A DNA stretch of 33,412 nt, from assembly GCA_048940375.1 (NCBI GenBank), contig JBHLOP010000001.1, forward strand, positions 1 to 33,412, given 5' to 3'. Every line of letters starts with the position of its first letter. Within the stretch, counting starts at the first letter, position 1. Of the stretch, positions 9,653 through 20,246 are shown in pieces. The position numbers and the translations under genes are program-made. The DNA is from Promethearchaeota archaeon. Lineage in GTDB: Archaea; Asgardarchaeota; Sifarchaeia; Borrarchaeales; Borrarchaeaceae. The notes beneath the pieces were generated by a model, which had not been told where the DNA came from, searched no databases, and saw only the letters and a program-made list of their open reading frames with translations.

Positions 9653-11773
9653 TCAAACAGTCTCATGTTTTGCAATAACATAGTTTAATCGTTTGTTCAT
9701 CTCTTGTACGGCTTCAATGAATTTATTTGGTTCAGATGAGGTCATTGAAAATAGTTCTACTCGATTTTCATCAATTCCAATTTCATTTAGGATGCCCTTC
9801 GTGAAGTCCACTACAAGCGAAGCGATTGTATTTCCGCGAAGAAATTGACATCGTTCTTCAGGGCAACTTGCAAGCATAACGCCGTCTATGCCCTCAACAA
9901 AGGCCTTTAGTATATCTAAAGGAGAAATTCTGCCAATACAAGGAACTGAAGCGACTAAAACATTAGGAGGATATTGCCAATTATTAATTCCTGCTAGATC
10001 AACTGATCCATAGGCACATTCAGTACACACAAATGCTAAGATGGTCTTTGTGGCATCTCCTTCCAAGTTCTTTTTTGTTGAAATTAGTGTTTCTATCTGT
10101 CTGAAGAGTATATCTCTCTCATAATTAGTTAATTGTGCTGCACCTGTAGGACAAATAGCAGCACACACTCCGCAGCCCTCACATTTAAGTTCATTAATTA
10201 TTGCTAGATCCTTCGCTTCATCAAAATCTATGGATTCAAATGGACAGAGTTCAACGCATGCCTTGCAGCCGTCACATGCCTCTTCATCAATTTTTGATAC
10301 AAGAAGATCTGCTTGGAAAATGGTATACTTCAGATACTTCAATACTTTGAAAGCTGTTGCACTTGCGTGTGTCAATGTTTCTTTTATGAACATTGGTTCT
10401 ATTGCTGAACCACATAAGAATATTCCCTTCGATTCCGATTCGCTAGTTTTTATTTTTGCGTAAAGGGGATTGAAGAAATTAGATTTCGGGGAAGGGTTTT
10501 TACCTATCCCTAGCTTCTCTTTTAGATCCTCAGAACCTGCAGAAGGTACTAATGCACTGCTTAAGACAACCAAATCTGTATCTAGTGTAATTATTTCTCC
10601 AGTAAATGAATTCTCTAATTCCACACTTAGATGATTCGCCGCTTGCTCGATATTAGAAACGCGTCCATGAAGAAATAGGACGCCTAGTTTTCTTGCTTGT
10701 TCATAATAATCTTCGTACGCATACGGTGTTCTTATGTCTATGAAGGAAATTGCTGCATCAATTCCTTGCTCTCTTAGTAAGATTGCATTCTTAATAGAGC
10801 TAACACAGCATAATTTTGAACAATACTCATTAAATCTTGAATCGCGAGAGCCCACACATTGAATAAAGAGTACTTTCTTAGGTTGCTCGCCGTTTATAAG
10901 GACTTTACCGTTTGTAGGGCCTTCAGGATCCAAATAATTAACTAGATCACTCTGAATAAGTACATTAGGATATAATCCATATCCAAATTCTTTCAGGCTA
11001 AACGGTTTAAACTCTTCCATACCAGTTGCTACTAAAATGGCACCAACCTTCAGAACGTTCTCGTTTATTCCGTCAATAAAAACTTTATAATTCCCTGGAA
11101 CTCCAGCAACACTTTTTACTTCGCTTGACGTGAAAATTTTGATCTGTGGGCTTGCGGCAACACTTTGTAAGAGTTCTTGAAATGCTTTATAATCTTCTTC
11201 TCCTCGAATCCTAGTGATTTTTCGCACCCTTCCTCCAATCTCATGGGAGCGTTCAATAATAGAGACCTCTATACCATTACTAGCTAAATCTAATGCTGCT
11301 TGTAGACCTCCAATCCCACCTCCAATAATTAAAACAGATTCTTGTGGAGAGACCATCTTCTTTTCAACAGAACTTGCTAGACTTACTTTTTGTATTGCTG
11401 CATTGATTTGAGCAATAGCTTTTGTTGTTGCCTCTTTTGGCCATTGTTTGTGAGGTAGTGCACATTGCTCTCTTAAATTCGCAATTTCTACGAAATCTGG
11501 GCTTATGCCAATTTGCTGCAGTTCTGTTTTAAATCTTGTCTCAAAGAGTTTTGGTGTACAGGCCGCAATGACTACCTTTGTAAGATTATTTTTCTTGATA
11601 GATTCTTTAAGAAATTCAAGCCCGTCACTTAAACAAGCTGTATCATGTTGTTCTATTAATAATTCCTCATTCTTAGATAAATAGTCTATAATTGCGTTAT
11701 AATCTACGGTTTCACTTATCTTAGAGGCGCAACTACAGAGAAATACGCCAATGCGTTGATTTTCTGAGGTCAC
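9653..11773 (-). CDS. hdrA: HdrA-like flavoprotein with C-terminal ferredoxin and fused MvhD-like domain (QmoB-like architecture)
   Basis: N-terminal Cys domain IGVFLCSC, FAD motif IIGGGIGG, CDGCKACVELCP and CEGCGVCAAICP. C-terminal FVCTECAY..PCIGR..ASCPEERCQF matches MvhD. GTG start overlaps the upstream stop (GTGA). Confidence 0.88.
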   Translation of the reverse strand: MTSENQRIGVFLCSCASKISETVDYNAIIDYLSKNEELLIEQHDTACLSDGLEFLKESIKKNNLTKVVIAACTPKLFETRFKTELQQIGISPDFVEIANLREQCALPHKQWPKEATTKAIAQINAAIQKVSLASSVEKKMVSPQESVLIIGGGIGGLQAALDLASNGIEVSIIERSHEIGGRVRKITRIRGEEDYKAFQELLQSVAASPQIKIFTSSEVKSVAGVPGNYKVFIDGINENVLKVGAILVATGMEEFKPFSLKEFGYGLYPNVLIQSDLVNYLDPEGPTNGKVLINGEQPKKVLFIQCVGSRDSRFNEYCSKLCCVSSIKNAILLREQGIDAAISFIDIRTPYAYEDYYEQARKLGVLFLHGRVSNIEQAANHLSVELENSFTGEIITLDTDLVVLSSALVPSAGSEDLKEKLGIGKNPSPKSNFFNPLYAKIKTSESESKGIFLCGSAIEPMFIKETLTHASATAFKVLKYLKYTIFQADLLVSKIDEEACDGCKACVELCPFESIDFDEAKDLAIINELKCEGCGVCAAICPTGAAQLTNYERDILFRQIETLISTKKNLEGDATKTILAFVCTECAYGSVDLAGINNWQYPPNVLVASVPCIGRISPLDILKAFVEGIDGVMLASCPEERCQFLRGNTIASLVVDFTKGILNEIGIDENRVELFSMTSSEPNKFIEAVQEMNKRLNYVIAKHETV

Positions 11774-13182
11774 TTCACTTCACCTTTCTGGAGAGGATTA
11801 TTTCGTCTTAAGATCGCCATGCTAACAGCATTAGCTTGTTCAATGGTTGAGGGAATATCTTTTGGTTCTTGGGCGGCTCCACAGACATAAACATTCTCTA
11901 TATTTGTATAAATGCTTTCTTGAGCTCCAGTTGTTGGAAAGAATCCATAATCATCTAATTTAATACCTAGCATCTCAGCCAGTTTTCTTATGCCTTTAGA
12001 TGAAACAAGAGCGGCACTAAGAACGACTAGATCAGTTTCTAGATCCATAATCTCGTCAGTTTGGATATCTGAAACATAAACATGCACTTTTTGTGTCACA
12101 GGGTCCTTCTCAACGTGGCTAACTCTGCCTTTGATGAATCTGACACCTAGCTTTCTTGCCTGCTCATAGTAGTCCTCATAAATAAAGGGCGTCCGAATGT
12201 CAATATAAGCAATATTTACGTCAATTTCTTGCTCTCTAATTAGGAGTGAATGTTTAAGAGCATACGTACAGCATAAACTTGAACAATAACTATTTAATCT
12301 TTTGTCTCTTGACCCAACACATTGTAACATAGTTACATTCTTTATTGGAGCACCATCTTTCTTTAGAAGTTTCCCCTTAGTCGGACCTTGTGGATCTACT
12401 AATCGAGCAAGTTCTACTTGTGTAATTACTTCATCAAATATACCATATCCATACTCTTTTAGAGGGCTAGGATCAAATTCTTCAAAGCCTGTCGCTATAA
12501 CAACCGAACTGAATGTTTTTTCAATGGTTTCCCGTTCTTCTGTGAGATCTATTGCGTCTGTTGGGCAAACTTCTACACATTTAGCACATTCTTCGAATAA
12601 GCATGTATTTGGATCAATTACGTAAGAATAAGGAATCGCCTGGGACGCAGGCAAATAGACCGCTTTTCGAGTATCTAAATTAAGATTTGTAGGATTAGAT
12701 ACCTTTACTGGGCATATATCTGCACACTTATCGCACATAATGCATTTTTTCGCGTCTACAAATCTCGGCTGTCTTTCCAGTGATACCTTAAACTTTGAAT
12801 TAAGTTTCTCAACTGCCACAAGTTGTGTTTGAGTAAGCAATTCTATATTTGGATGCTCTGTGATACCGCATCTGTAAAAACATTTCCTAAATCCACCACG
12901 AGAAAAAAGTCTGTCCGATGACGAGACACAAAGGGCGCAATCATCTGTTGGAAAAAATCTGAAGAGTTGTAACGCGTTACCACCGAGAGTTGGTGCTTTT
13001 TCAATTAAAGAAACTGGAACTCCAAAATCGCCTAGTTCAAGTGCTACATGAATTCCTGCAATTCCTCCACCAATTACGAGTACAGGTGGCGGTCCAGAAG
13101 TGACATGTTCATTCAATGGACTTCCTCGCTTTTGAATACTAAATAATAATTCTTTAAGAGGTAATAAGGTGCACCTTGTCAT
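11770..13182 (-). CDS. HdrA-like flavoprotein with inserted 2x[4Fe-4S] ferredoxin domain (QmoA-like position)
   Basis: FAD motif VIGGGIAG, CIMCDKCADICP and CAKCVEVCP. The segment QCVGSRD..YCS..CC is shared with the downstream paralogue. Confidence 0.85.
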   Translation of the reverse strand: MTRCTLLPLKELLFSIQKRGSPLNEHVTSGPPPVLVIGGGIAGIHVALELGDFGVPVSLIEKAPTLGGNALQLFRFFPTDDCALCVSSSDRLFSRGGFRKCFYRCGITEHPNIELLTQTQLVAVEKLNSKFKVSLERQPRFVDAKKCIMCDKCADICPVKVSNPTNLNLDTRKAVYLPASQAIPYSYVIDPNTCLFEECAKCVEVCPTDAIDLTEERETIEKTFSSVVIATGFEEFDPSPLKEYGYGIFDEVITQVELARLVDPQGPTKGKLLKKDGAPIKNVTMLQCVGSRDKRLNSYCSSLCCTYALKHSLLIREQEIDVNIAYIDIRTPFIYEDYYEQARKLGVRFIKGRVSHVEKDPVTQKVHVYVSDIQTDEIMDLETDLVVLSAALVSSKGIRKLAEMLGIKLDDYGFFPTTGAQESIYTNIENVYVCGAAQEPKDIPSTIEQANAVSMAILRRNNPLQKGEVK

Positions 13183-13354
13183 TACAGAAGTTGTATTTAA
13201 AGCCTTACGTATTACTCTTTGTAAAAGTTATGCTTAAAAAATTGTGGATATGGACACTCTAGCCGCTAAATCCTCGAAATTAAAAAAAGTATGAGACAGC
13301 AAACTTTAATACAAAAAGAAAAAAAGTTTTATTGTTTTTTGATCTCTTCCTGAA

Positions 13355-14416
<1,062 letters not shown>

Positions 14417-14532
14417 TTAATTTGTTGAAACCGGTATCTTAACAAATATAACTTTATTCCGTAATTTGTTAGTTAGAACAAAGCACTATAAGTGTTCGAA
14501 ATTAGATCAAGTAATAGTAGGCGGAAAATTTA

Positions 14533-15015
14533 ATGCCTGATAAAAACAGTAAATCAGAGAACGAGGAAATCCAAAGTAAGAGAGAAAAATTAGTCGATTT
14601 AATAAGAAAAATCGCATTAAAAAAGCCTGAAAAAGTAATAGCTGTTCCAGAAGGTCTCCGTGGATTTGGAAAAGTAACTGCGCTACAAAGCATTTGCATA
14701 GGATGCCATAAATGTGAAGAAGTCTGTCAACTTGATGCCCCGCTTATAGAAAACAAATTTGACTTGCCTAGCCTTTTTGAAGACAGCGGGGAAATAAAAT
14801 CAGAAAATAGACGCCTTTTAATAAATTTTATCAAACAGTTAGCGGTTAAAAAACCTTTAGAAGTGATATCACTCCCAGCGCCGCTGAGAGGATTTGGTAG
14901 ATTGTGTGTTTCCGGTAGAAAATGCATTACCTGTGGCGATTGTGAAGAAATATGCCCGGAAAAAGTAATTGAAATAAAACCAATATTTGATCTGGGTCTT
15001 ATTTTTCAAGAATGA
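14533..15015 (+). CDS. ferredoxin-like protein made of two internally duplicated halves, each with one CxxCxxCxxxC motif
   Basis: The halves LIRKIALKKPEKVIAVPEGLRGFGKV..CIGCHKCEEVC and FIKQLAVKKPLEVISLPAPLRGFGRL..CITCGDCEEICP align by eye. Confidence 0.7.
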   Translation: MPDKNSKSENEEIQSKREKLVDLIRKIALKKPEKVIAVPEGLRGFGKVTALQSICIGCHKCEEVCQLDAPLIENKFDLPSLFEDSGEIKSENRRLLINFIKQLAVKKPLEVISLPAPLRGFGRLCVSGRKCITCGDCEEICPEKVIEIKPIFDLGLIFQE

Positions 15016-15035
15016 TATTTCGTGTAGAATTATTT

Positions 15036-15545
15036 TCAATGAATTGAAAATTCGTCCTTCTCTATCCGATCGCCAACTTTTCGTACGTAATCACCGTGAA
15101 CTCGGATAGGTATGGGAGCGGGTGAGTCAAGCAACTCAACTGTAACTTCTTCTTTTACCTTATCTACTCTTGTGACCTTTGCTCTCGTGCCTTTAAATGG
15201 CCCTCCAGTGACCTCAACTATGTCTCCTTCGGTCAAGCCCTCAACTACAGGTTTGGGAATCAGGAAATGCGAGAGTTCATTAATATTGGTTTTTCCTACA
15301 GATCCTCTTACATGTGAAATTCCAGAAATAGCTTCATCAATGGCATCTCTCTTTGACGTTTCGATGAAGATATATCCTCTTAGAGTTTCAGGCACTAGGA
15401 TAGATTGTATAGTTAGATCATGTATTTCAACACGATTAGCAATTAGCTCTGCCACTGATTTTTCTTGACCTATTGTTGTTCGTATTGTATAAATTGAGGT
15501 ACTTCGACGTTTTCGCGTTACCTCAGGTTTTTCTTGAGTTTCCAT
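15036..15545 (-). CDS. spt5: transcription elongation factor Spt5 (archaeal NusG)
   Basis: NGN domain followed by KOW motif GDIVEVTGGPFKGTRAKV. Lies directly downstream of secE. Confidence 0.9.
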   Translation of the reverse strand: METQEKPEVTRKRRSTSIYTIRTTIGQEKSVAELIANRVEIHDLTIQSILVPETLRGYIFIETSKRDAIDEAISGISHVRGSVGKTNINELSHFLIPKPVVEGLTEGDIVEVTGGPFKGTRAKVTRVDKVKEEVTVELLDSPAPIPIRVHGDYVRKVGDRIEKDEFSIH

Positions 15546-15559
15546 TAAAAATACGCTCC

Positions 15560-15748
15560 TTAGGCTGTCGGAGGTGTAAAACCAACTACTAAGGTGAAGA
15601 TAAGTTTAATTATAAACGCTATAAGACCTATAGCAACCATGCCAAGTAGGCTAATTCTAAGGCTAAGCCAAACTTCTTTTCTTGAAGGCTTTTTTGCAAG
15701 ACGTGCCATTCTCATAAAGTCTGATCTCACTTTCTTGAAATCTATCAT
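15560..15748 (-). CDS. secE: preprotein translocase subunit SecE / Sec61-gamma
   Basis: 62 aa. AKKPSRKEVW followed by a single TM helix. Conserved position upstream of spt5. Confidence 0.8.
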   Translation of the reverse strand: MIDFKKVRSDFMRMARLAKKPSRKEVWLSLRISLLGMVAIGLIAFIIKLIFTLVVGFTPPTA

Positions 15749-16021
15749 GAAAATCCTCTCTCGTGTTTAAGTTTTTCACCAATCGATAAGCATGGATCTT
15801 TGTATACTATTTATTCTAATGAACAAGTCCTTAAAAAGACTGTATTTTTGTAATTACATTTGATTAAAAAAGGTTGCGAAAGCAACTATTATCATAGTTG
15901 ATGCGTATAGATAGTCTATCTACAATACAGTAATGTTACTTTTCTTGATATTCCATTACTGTTTTTAATTATTATGTCAAATGTGTACAAAAAATCAAGA
16001 TTCTGTTAAGGATAGAAGGAA

Positions 16022-17005
16022 ATGACAGAACTTATACCTAGTATCTTAATTGTTGGAGTGGGCGGTGCAGGAAATCATATAGTAACGCGGTTATGTGACA
16101 ATGGTCTCTTTGACAATGTTCAAGCACTGGGAACACTGGGGATAGATACTAATGTCCAAAATCTTAACAATACAACTTGTGATACAAAGCTTGCAATTGG
16201 TAAGAAAGTTTGCAAAGGATTAGGTGCTGGAAAGGATCCAAAAAGAGGAAAAGCGGCTGCAAAAGAAAGTATCACCGAAATTAGAAATCATATTCAAGCA
16301 GATATCGCTTTTTTGATTGTAGGATTAGGAGGAGGAACAGGCACAGGTGCTGCTCCAATAATTTCACAAATTGCTAAAAATAAAGGAATTTTGACCGTTT
16401 GCATTTCAACTCTTCCGTTTGATGTAGAAGGAAAAAGGCGTATGGATTTCGCTTTAGCTGCTTTAGAGGAGATAATGACGGTTACTGACGCAATTATCGT
16501 AATCCCGAATGAGAAACTCTTGAAAGTCGCTCCAAACTCATCTTTAGAGGAGGCTTTTCGACTAGCAGACGATTTAGCTATTAACGGCGTTTTAGCTATC
16601 GTTGAATTGGTTGCAACGCCAGGTCGAATCAATGTAGACTTAGCTGATTTACGAGCACTATTTTCATTAAGCAAAAAACCGACAGGTATTTCAATAATCT
16701 GGAGAGGTGTATCAGAGGAAGAAAACCGAGAAAAACGCATAACAGAAGCCGTAAAAACTGCTATGGAATTTCCTTTTATCGATGTTGATCTTTCTCATGC
16801 GCGGGGAGTTATCGTCAATATTACAGGTAGTCCCGATCTTACACTTAAGGAAGCGCAAGAAATCGCTCAATATGTCGTAAATGAACTTGATGAAAACGTT
16901 CAAGTCATCTGGGGGCATATTATAGACGAAAAATTAACTGATACTGTAAAAGTAACCACTGTTATTTCAGCAGTTGAAATAGATCTAACTAATTTTATTG
17001 AATAA
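16022..17005 (+). CDS. ftsZ: FtsZ-family tubulin-like GTPase (short form, no C-terminal tail)
   Basis: GVGGAGNH, GLGAGKDPKRG, tubulin signature GLGGGTGTGAAP, PFDVEGKRR, PNEKLL, NVDLADL. Confidence 0.85.
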   Translation: MTELIPSILIVGVGGAGNHIVTRLCDNGLFDNVQALGTLGIDTNVQNLNNTTCDTKLAIGKKVCKGLGAGKDPKRGKAAAKESITEIRNHIQADIAFLIVGLGGGTGTGAAPIISQIAKNKGILTVCISTLPFDVEGKRRMDFALAALEEIMTVTDAIIVIPNEKLLKVAPNSSLEEAFRLADDLAINGVLAIVELVATPGRINVDLADLRALFSLSKKPTGISIIWRGVSEEENREKRITEAVKTAMEFPFIDVDLSHARGVIVNITGSPDLTLKEAQEIAQYVVNELDENVQVIWGHIIDEKLTDTVKVTTVISAVEIDLTNFIE

Positions 17006-17056
17006 CTTTAAATGTTTTTAAAATAATTATCTGTTTTAAGTATAATTTTAAATCCC

Positions 17057-17866
17057 TTAATTAGTTTTTTCCCGCGCTTTCGCTACTTTTAGTGCAATTA
17101 GTGCTGCCGCTGTACCTGCCCCGATTCCATTGTCTATATTTACTACCATTACTCCAGGTGCACAGGACTGTAACATTGAATTAAGGGCAGCTATTCCTTT
17201 ACCTCCTAAACCATAGCCTACAGGACTTGGAACTCCAATTACAGGAATATCTACAAGCCCAGCAACAACTGAGGGTAATGCGCCTTCCATTCCTGCCACA
17301 ACGACAAGCGCATCGACATCTTCTTCAAGCATCGTTTTTAGATGAGGCAATAATCGATGTAATCCTGCAATTCCTACATCATAGGCAGTGTATGCAGAAA
17401 CGCCCATTGCTTCTGCAATGAGACGCGATTCTTCGGCTACAGGTATGTCCGAAGTTCCCGCAGCAAAAATCCCGATTTTCCCTGGAAACTTTTTGTATTT
17501 ATAGCCTTTTTTTTTCACGATCGCCATCCGTGCGCGTTCATTAACCTCAATTTCAAATGAATCGGGAAGGATAGGTTTTATCTCTTCGATAACTTCATCA
17601 GAAATTCTAGAAACTAAAGTATAGCCACTTTTACTTGCCATTTTGACTGCAAGCAGGGCGGCGTCTTTAGGACGTTTTCCTTCTGCTAATATTACCTCAG
17701 GAATGCCAGTTCTTGCTTGACGATACAGATCCAGTTTTGCAATGTCATCAACTTCTTCAATCGCTGTTGAAATAAGATCCCCCTTCAGTAACTTCTCTGC
17801 CTCTTCAATACTTAGTTCCTTGCATGCTATTTTCTCTAAAATCTCTTTTAGGTTCATTGAATACAC
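17057..17866 (-). CDS. larB: LarB (PurE-like NaAD carboxylase/hydrolase of nickel-pincer cofactor synthesis)
   Basis: PurE-fold core IGIFAAGTSDIPVAEE and VVVAGMEGALPSVVAG, with the N-terminal extension typical of LarB. Divergent from larC. Confidence 0.8.
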   Translation of the reverse strand: MYSMNLKEILEKIACKELSIEEAEKLLKGDLISTAIEEVDDIAKLDLYRQARTGIPEVILAEGKRPKDAALLAVKMASKSGYTLVSRISDEVIEEIKPILPDSFEIEVNERARMAIVKKKGYKYKKFPGKIGIFAAGTSDIPVAEESRLIAEAMGVSAYTAYDVGIAGLHRLLPHLKTMLEEDVDALVVVAGMEGALPSVVAGLVDIPVIGVPSPVGYGLGGKGIAALNSMLQSCAPGVMVVNIDNGIGAGTAAALIALKVAKAREKTN

Positions 17867-18020
17867 CAGATCTTAAGTTTCTTAATGTGTTTATAAAGTT
17901 AAGGATCTATTAAATGATCAATAGATCTTAAATAGAAATCTTAAAAATTGACTATTAATTTAAAAAAAACAGTTTTCTTTTTATGATAATCTAATGAGGT
18001 AGAAGGCAGGAGGTACTTGT

Positions 18021-19280
18021 TTGATACACTCAGCCAGTCAAAAAATCACTTTTATTGATTCTAGTATTGCGGGGATTTCTGGAGATATGTTACTTGGCGC
18101 GTTAGTCGATGCTGGGGCTAATCAGGCGAAAATTACTAAATTAGCAGAGGTAATTCCCGAATTTCTTTCTGATTGTAAAGAAATTACCATAGATTTTGAA
18201 GAAGTTAATCGAAGCGGTATTCAAGCAACCAGGATCGGAATTAATATTCTTGAACATATTCATCATCGGGAAGGTGCAACGCTTTTAAATGCATTAACAC
18301 GCATTCTTCCTGAATTTGACCTATCTAAAGAGGCAAATGATTTTGCAATCAATTCATTAAAAACGTTAATTCAAACAGAAGCTTCTGTTCATAATGAACC
18401 CTTTGATCATGTTCATCTTCACGAAGCGGGCTCAGCAGATACAATTATTGATGTGGCTGGAATCGCAATCGCTCTTGATTCTCTCGATTTGTTCAATTCA
18501 AAGATTTATGGAACACCTCCTTCCATTGGTGGAGGGATAATCAAAATTGATCATGGGACTTATCCTGTGCCCCCACCAGCTACAAGCAAGATCCTGCGCG
18601 ACTATAGTATCCCTTTCAAAGGAGGACCTGTTGAGAAGGAATTGGTTACCCCTACAGGTATTTCAATATTAGCAAATCTTGTTACAAGTTTCGCTACAGT
18701 ATATCCTGCAATGACCATTAAAACAGAAGGATATGGTGCTGGCAAGTATGAGTTTCATGGCATTCCAAACGTTACAAGAATTATTATTGGAGATGCAGCT
18801 AATCAGAAGTTTTTTGAGGATGAGATAGTTAAGCTTGAAACAAATGTTGATGATGTTACAGGAGAAACTTTAGGTTATACCATGAATAAACTGCTGGAAA
18901 ATGGAGCTTTGGATGTTAGTTATTTGAACACTGTTACAAAAAAGAATCGTCCAGGTTATTTAATCTCTGTGATTTCCAAACCCAAAGATAGCCTCAAGTT
19001 AACATCCATTTTATTCGAAGAAACGGGTACACTTGGAATCCGAACCATCCCTGGCATCAAGCGGTTGATCCTCAGTCGCAGTGTCGAAAAAATTACAATT
19101 ACGGTTGATGGTAAAGAATTTTATATAGGAATCAAGATCGGAAAGGATTCTGACGATAATGTTCTCACAATAAAACCTGAATTCGAGGACATAAAAGATA
19201 TAGCTAAAGAAACAGGAGAGTCAATGAAAACTATTTCTGAGATTGCCTTAAAGAAAGCCAGTGAAAAATTCGGCACATAA
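18021..19280 (+). CDS. larC: LarC (DUF111 nickel insertion protein / CTP-dependent cyclometallase)
   Basis: N-terminal GISGDMLLGALVDAGA, HLHEAGSADTIIDV, PVPPPAT. TTG start at 18021, 6 nt after GGAGGT. Confidence 0.85.
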   Translation: MIHSASQKITFIDSSIAGISGDMLLGALVDAGANQAKITKLAEVIPEFLSDCKEITIDFEEVNRSGIQATRIGINILEHIHHREGATLLNALTRILPEFDLSKEANDFAINSLKTLIQTEASVHNEPFDHVHLHEAGSADTIIDVAGIAIALDSLDLFNSKIYGTPPSIGGGIIKIDHGTYPVPPPATSKILRDYSIPFKGGPVEKELVTPTGISILANLVTSFATVYPAMTIKTEGYGAGKYEFHGIPNVTRIIIGDAANQKFFEDEIVKLETNVDDVTGETLGYTMNKLLENGALDVSYLNTVTKKNRPGYLISVISKPKDSLKLTSILFEETGTLGIRTIPGIKRLILSRSVEKITITVDGKEFYIGIKIGKDSDDNVLTIKPEFEDIKDIAKETGESMKTISEIALKKASEKFGT

Positions 19281-19318
19281 CTTTCGATGAAGTATCAAAA
19301 AGATAAGGAGTGTTGAAA

Positions 19319-19864
19319 ATGTCAAATCTGGAAGAAATAGTTGCAACAAATCTGAAAAAGAAACCGAGCATACACGAATCAGTTTTTATTTCACCCTCAG
19401 CTAATGTTATTGGGGATGTAGAATTAGCGGAAAACGCTTCTGTTTGGAATTGTGCAGTCGTGAGGGGGGATGTAGGACGGGTTGAAATCGATAGGTTCTC
19501 TAATGTGCAAGATAATTGCGTCATACATCCTGGATGGACTCGTGAAAGGGATACAGGGATTGATGTGCGCATCGGCCAATACGTCTCAATCGCACATGGC
19601 GCAATTATACATGGTGCCACTATAGAAGATAATGTTATTGTAAGCATGAACGCTACAGTTATGAATAATGCCAAAATCGGCTCTAATTCTATTATTGGCG
19701 CAGGTGCGGTAGTTACACAGAATGCTGTCATTCCAACAAATAGTATCTGTTTCGGTATTCCTGCAAAACCTGTCAAAACAGTGAATGAAGAGCAATTGGA
19801 ATTGATAAGGTGGAATGCAAAGGAATACTACAAACTTGCGCGAAGTTATTTGAGATTAAAATAA
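19319..19864 (+). CDS. gamma-carbonic-anhydrase-family (left-handed beta-helix, YrdA/PaaY-like) protein
   Basis: Hexapeptide repeats with IHPG..IG..VSIAHGAIIHGATI. I prefer the ATG at 19319, 8 nt after AAGGAG, over the GTG at 19310 in the ORF track. Confidence 0.8.
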   Translation: MSNLEEIVATNLKKKPSIHESVFISPSANVIGDVELAENASVWNCAVVRGDVGRVEIDRFSNVQDNCVIHPGWTRERDTGIDVRIGQYVSIAHGAIIHGATIEDNVIVSMNATVMNNAKIGSNSIIGAGAVVTQNAVIPTNSICFGIPAKPVKTVNEEQLELIRWNAKEYYKLARSYLRLK

Positions 19865-19925
19865 TTATCTTTTTCAATGGTTTTAAAGAGTTTCAAGATA
19901 GATTTGTTTCAAGTCATTGTATTCC

Positions 19926-20246
19926 TCAATGATTAAGGATTTTATCGGCCTCTGTTGAAATCTTTATGAAAAGATGTGAAAAAGAGGTTGCTTTAACATA
20001 ATTATCCCAGAAAACTCTATGGATTGCTCTTTCGATTGATTCATGTATTATTGTATTTGCTAAATCTCTTGGTTTGTGGTTACATGGACTTGTCAAAAAG
20101 ATATAAATTGTATCTGTTTTGAGATCATAGTATCCACATCTAGTTGCTGTAGACCCTACTTCCTTTTTTACATATGGTGGTACTTTTGGTTCACGTATAC
20201 CGCAAAAAATTATAGGAACTCCATGTTCTGATTTCATTGATTCCAT
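19926..20246 (-). CDS. hypothetical protein (about 106 aa from ATG at 20246; the ORF track starts at TTG 20276)
   Basis: ORF only. No motif recognised. Confidence 0.35.
   Translation of the reverse strand: MESMKSEHGVPIIFCGIREPKVPPYVKKEVGSTATRCGYYDLKTDTIYIFLTSPCNHKPRDLANTIIHESIERAIHRVFWDNYVKATSFSHLFIKISTEADKILNH

Noticed and set aside
16294-16740. 148-aa antisense ORF inside ftsZ. The same applies to other antisense ORFs: 32417-32824 in uxaA, 15112-15468 in spt5, 12302-12625 in hdrA, 13530-14222 in gap, and the many 60-85-aa ORFs inside both AOR genes
   Set aside because: All are shadow ORFs of strongly supported genes on the other strand, with low-complexity translations.
19231-19776. 181-aa ORF on the - strand opposite the gamma-CA-like gene
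   Set aside because: Hexapeptide-repeat genes commonly leave the antisense frame open. It has no start context and it overlaps the larC 3' end. The forward gene carries the clear family motifs.
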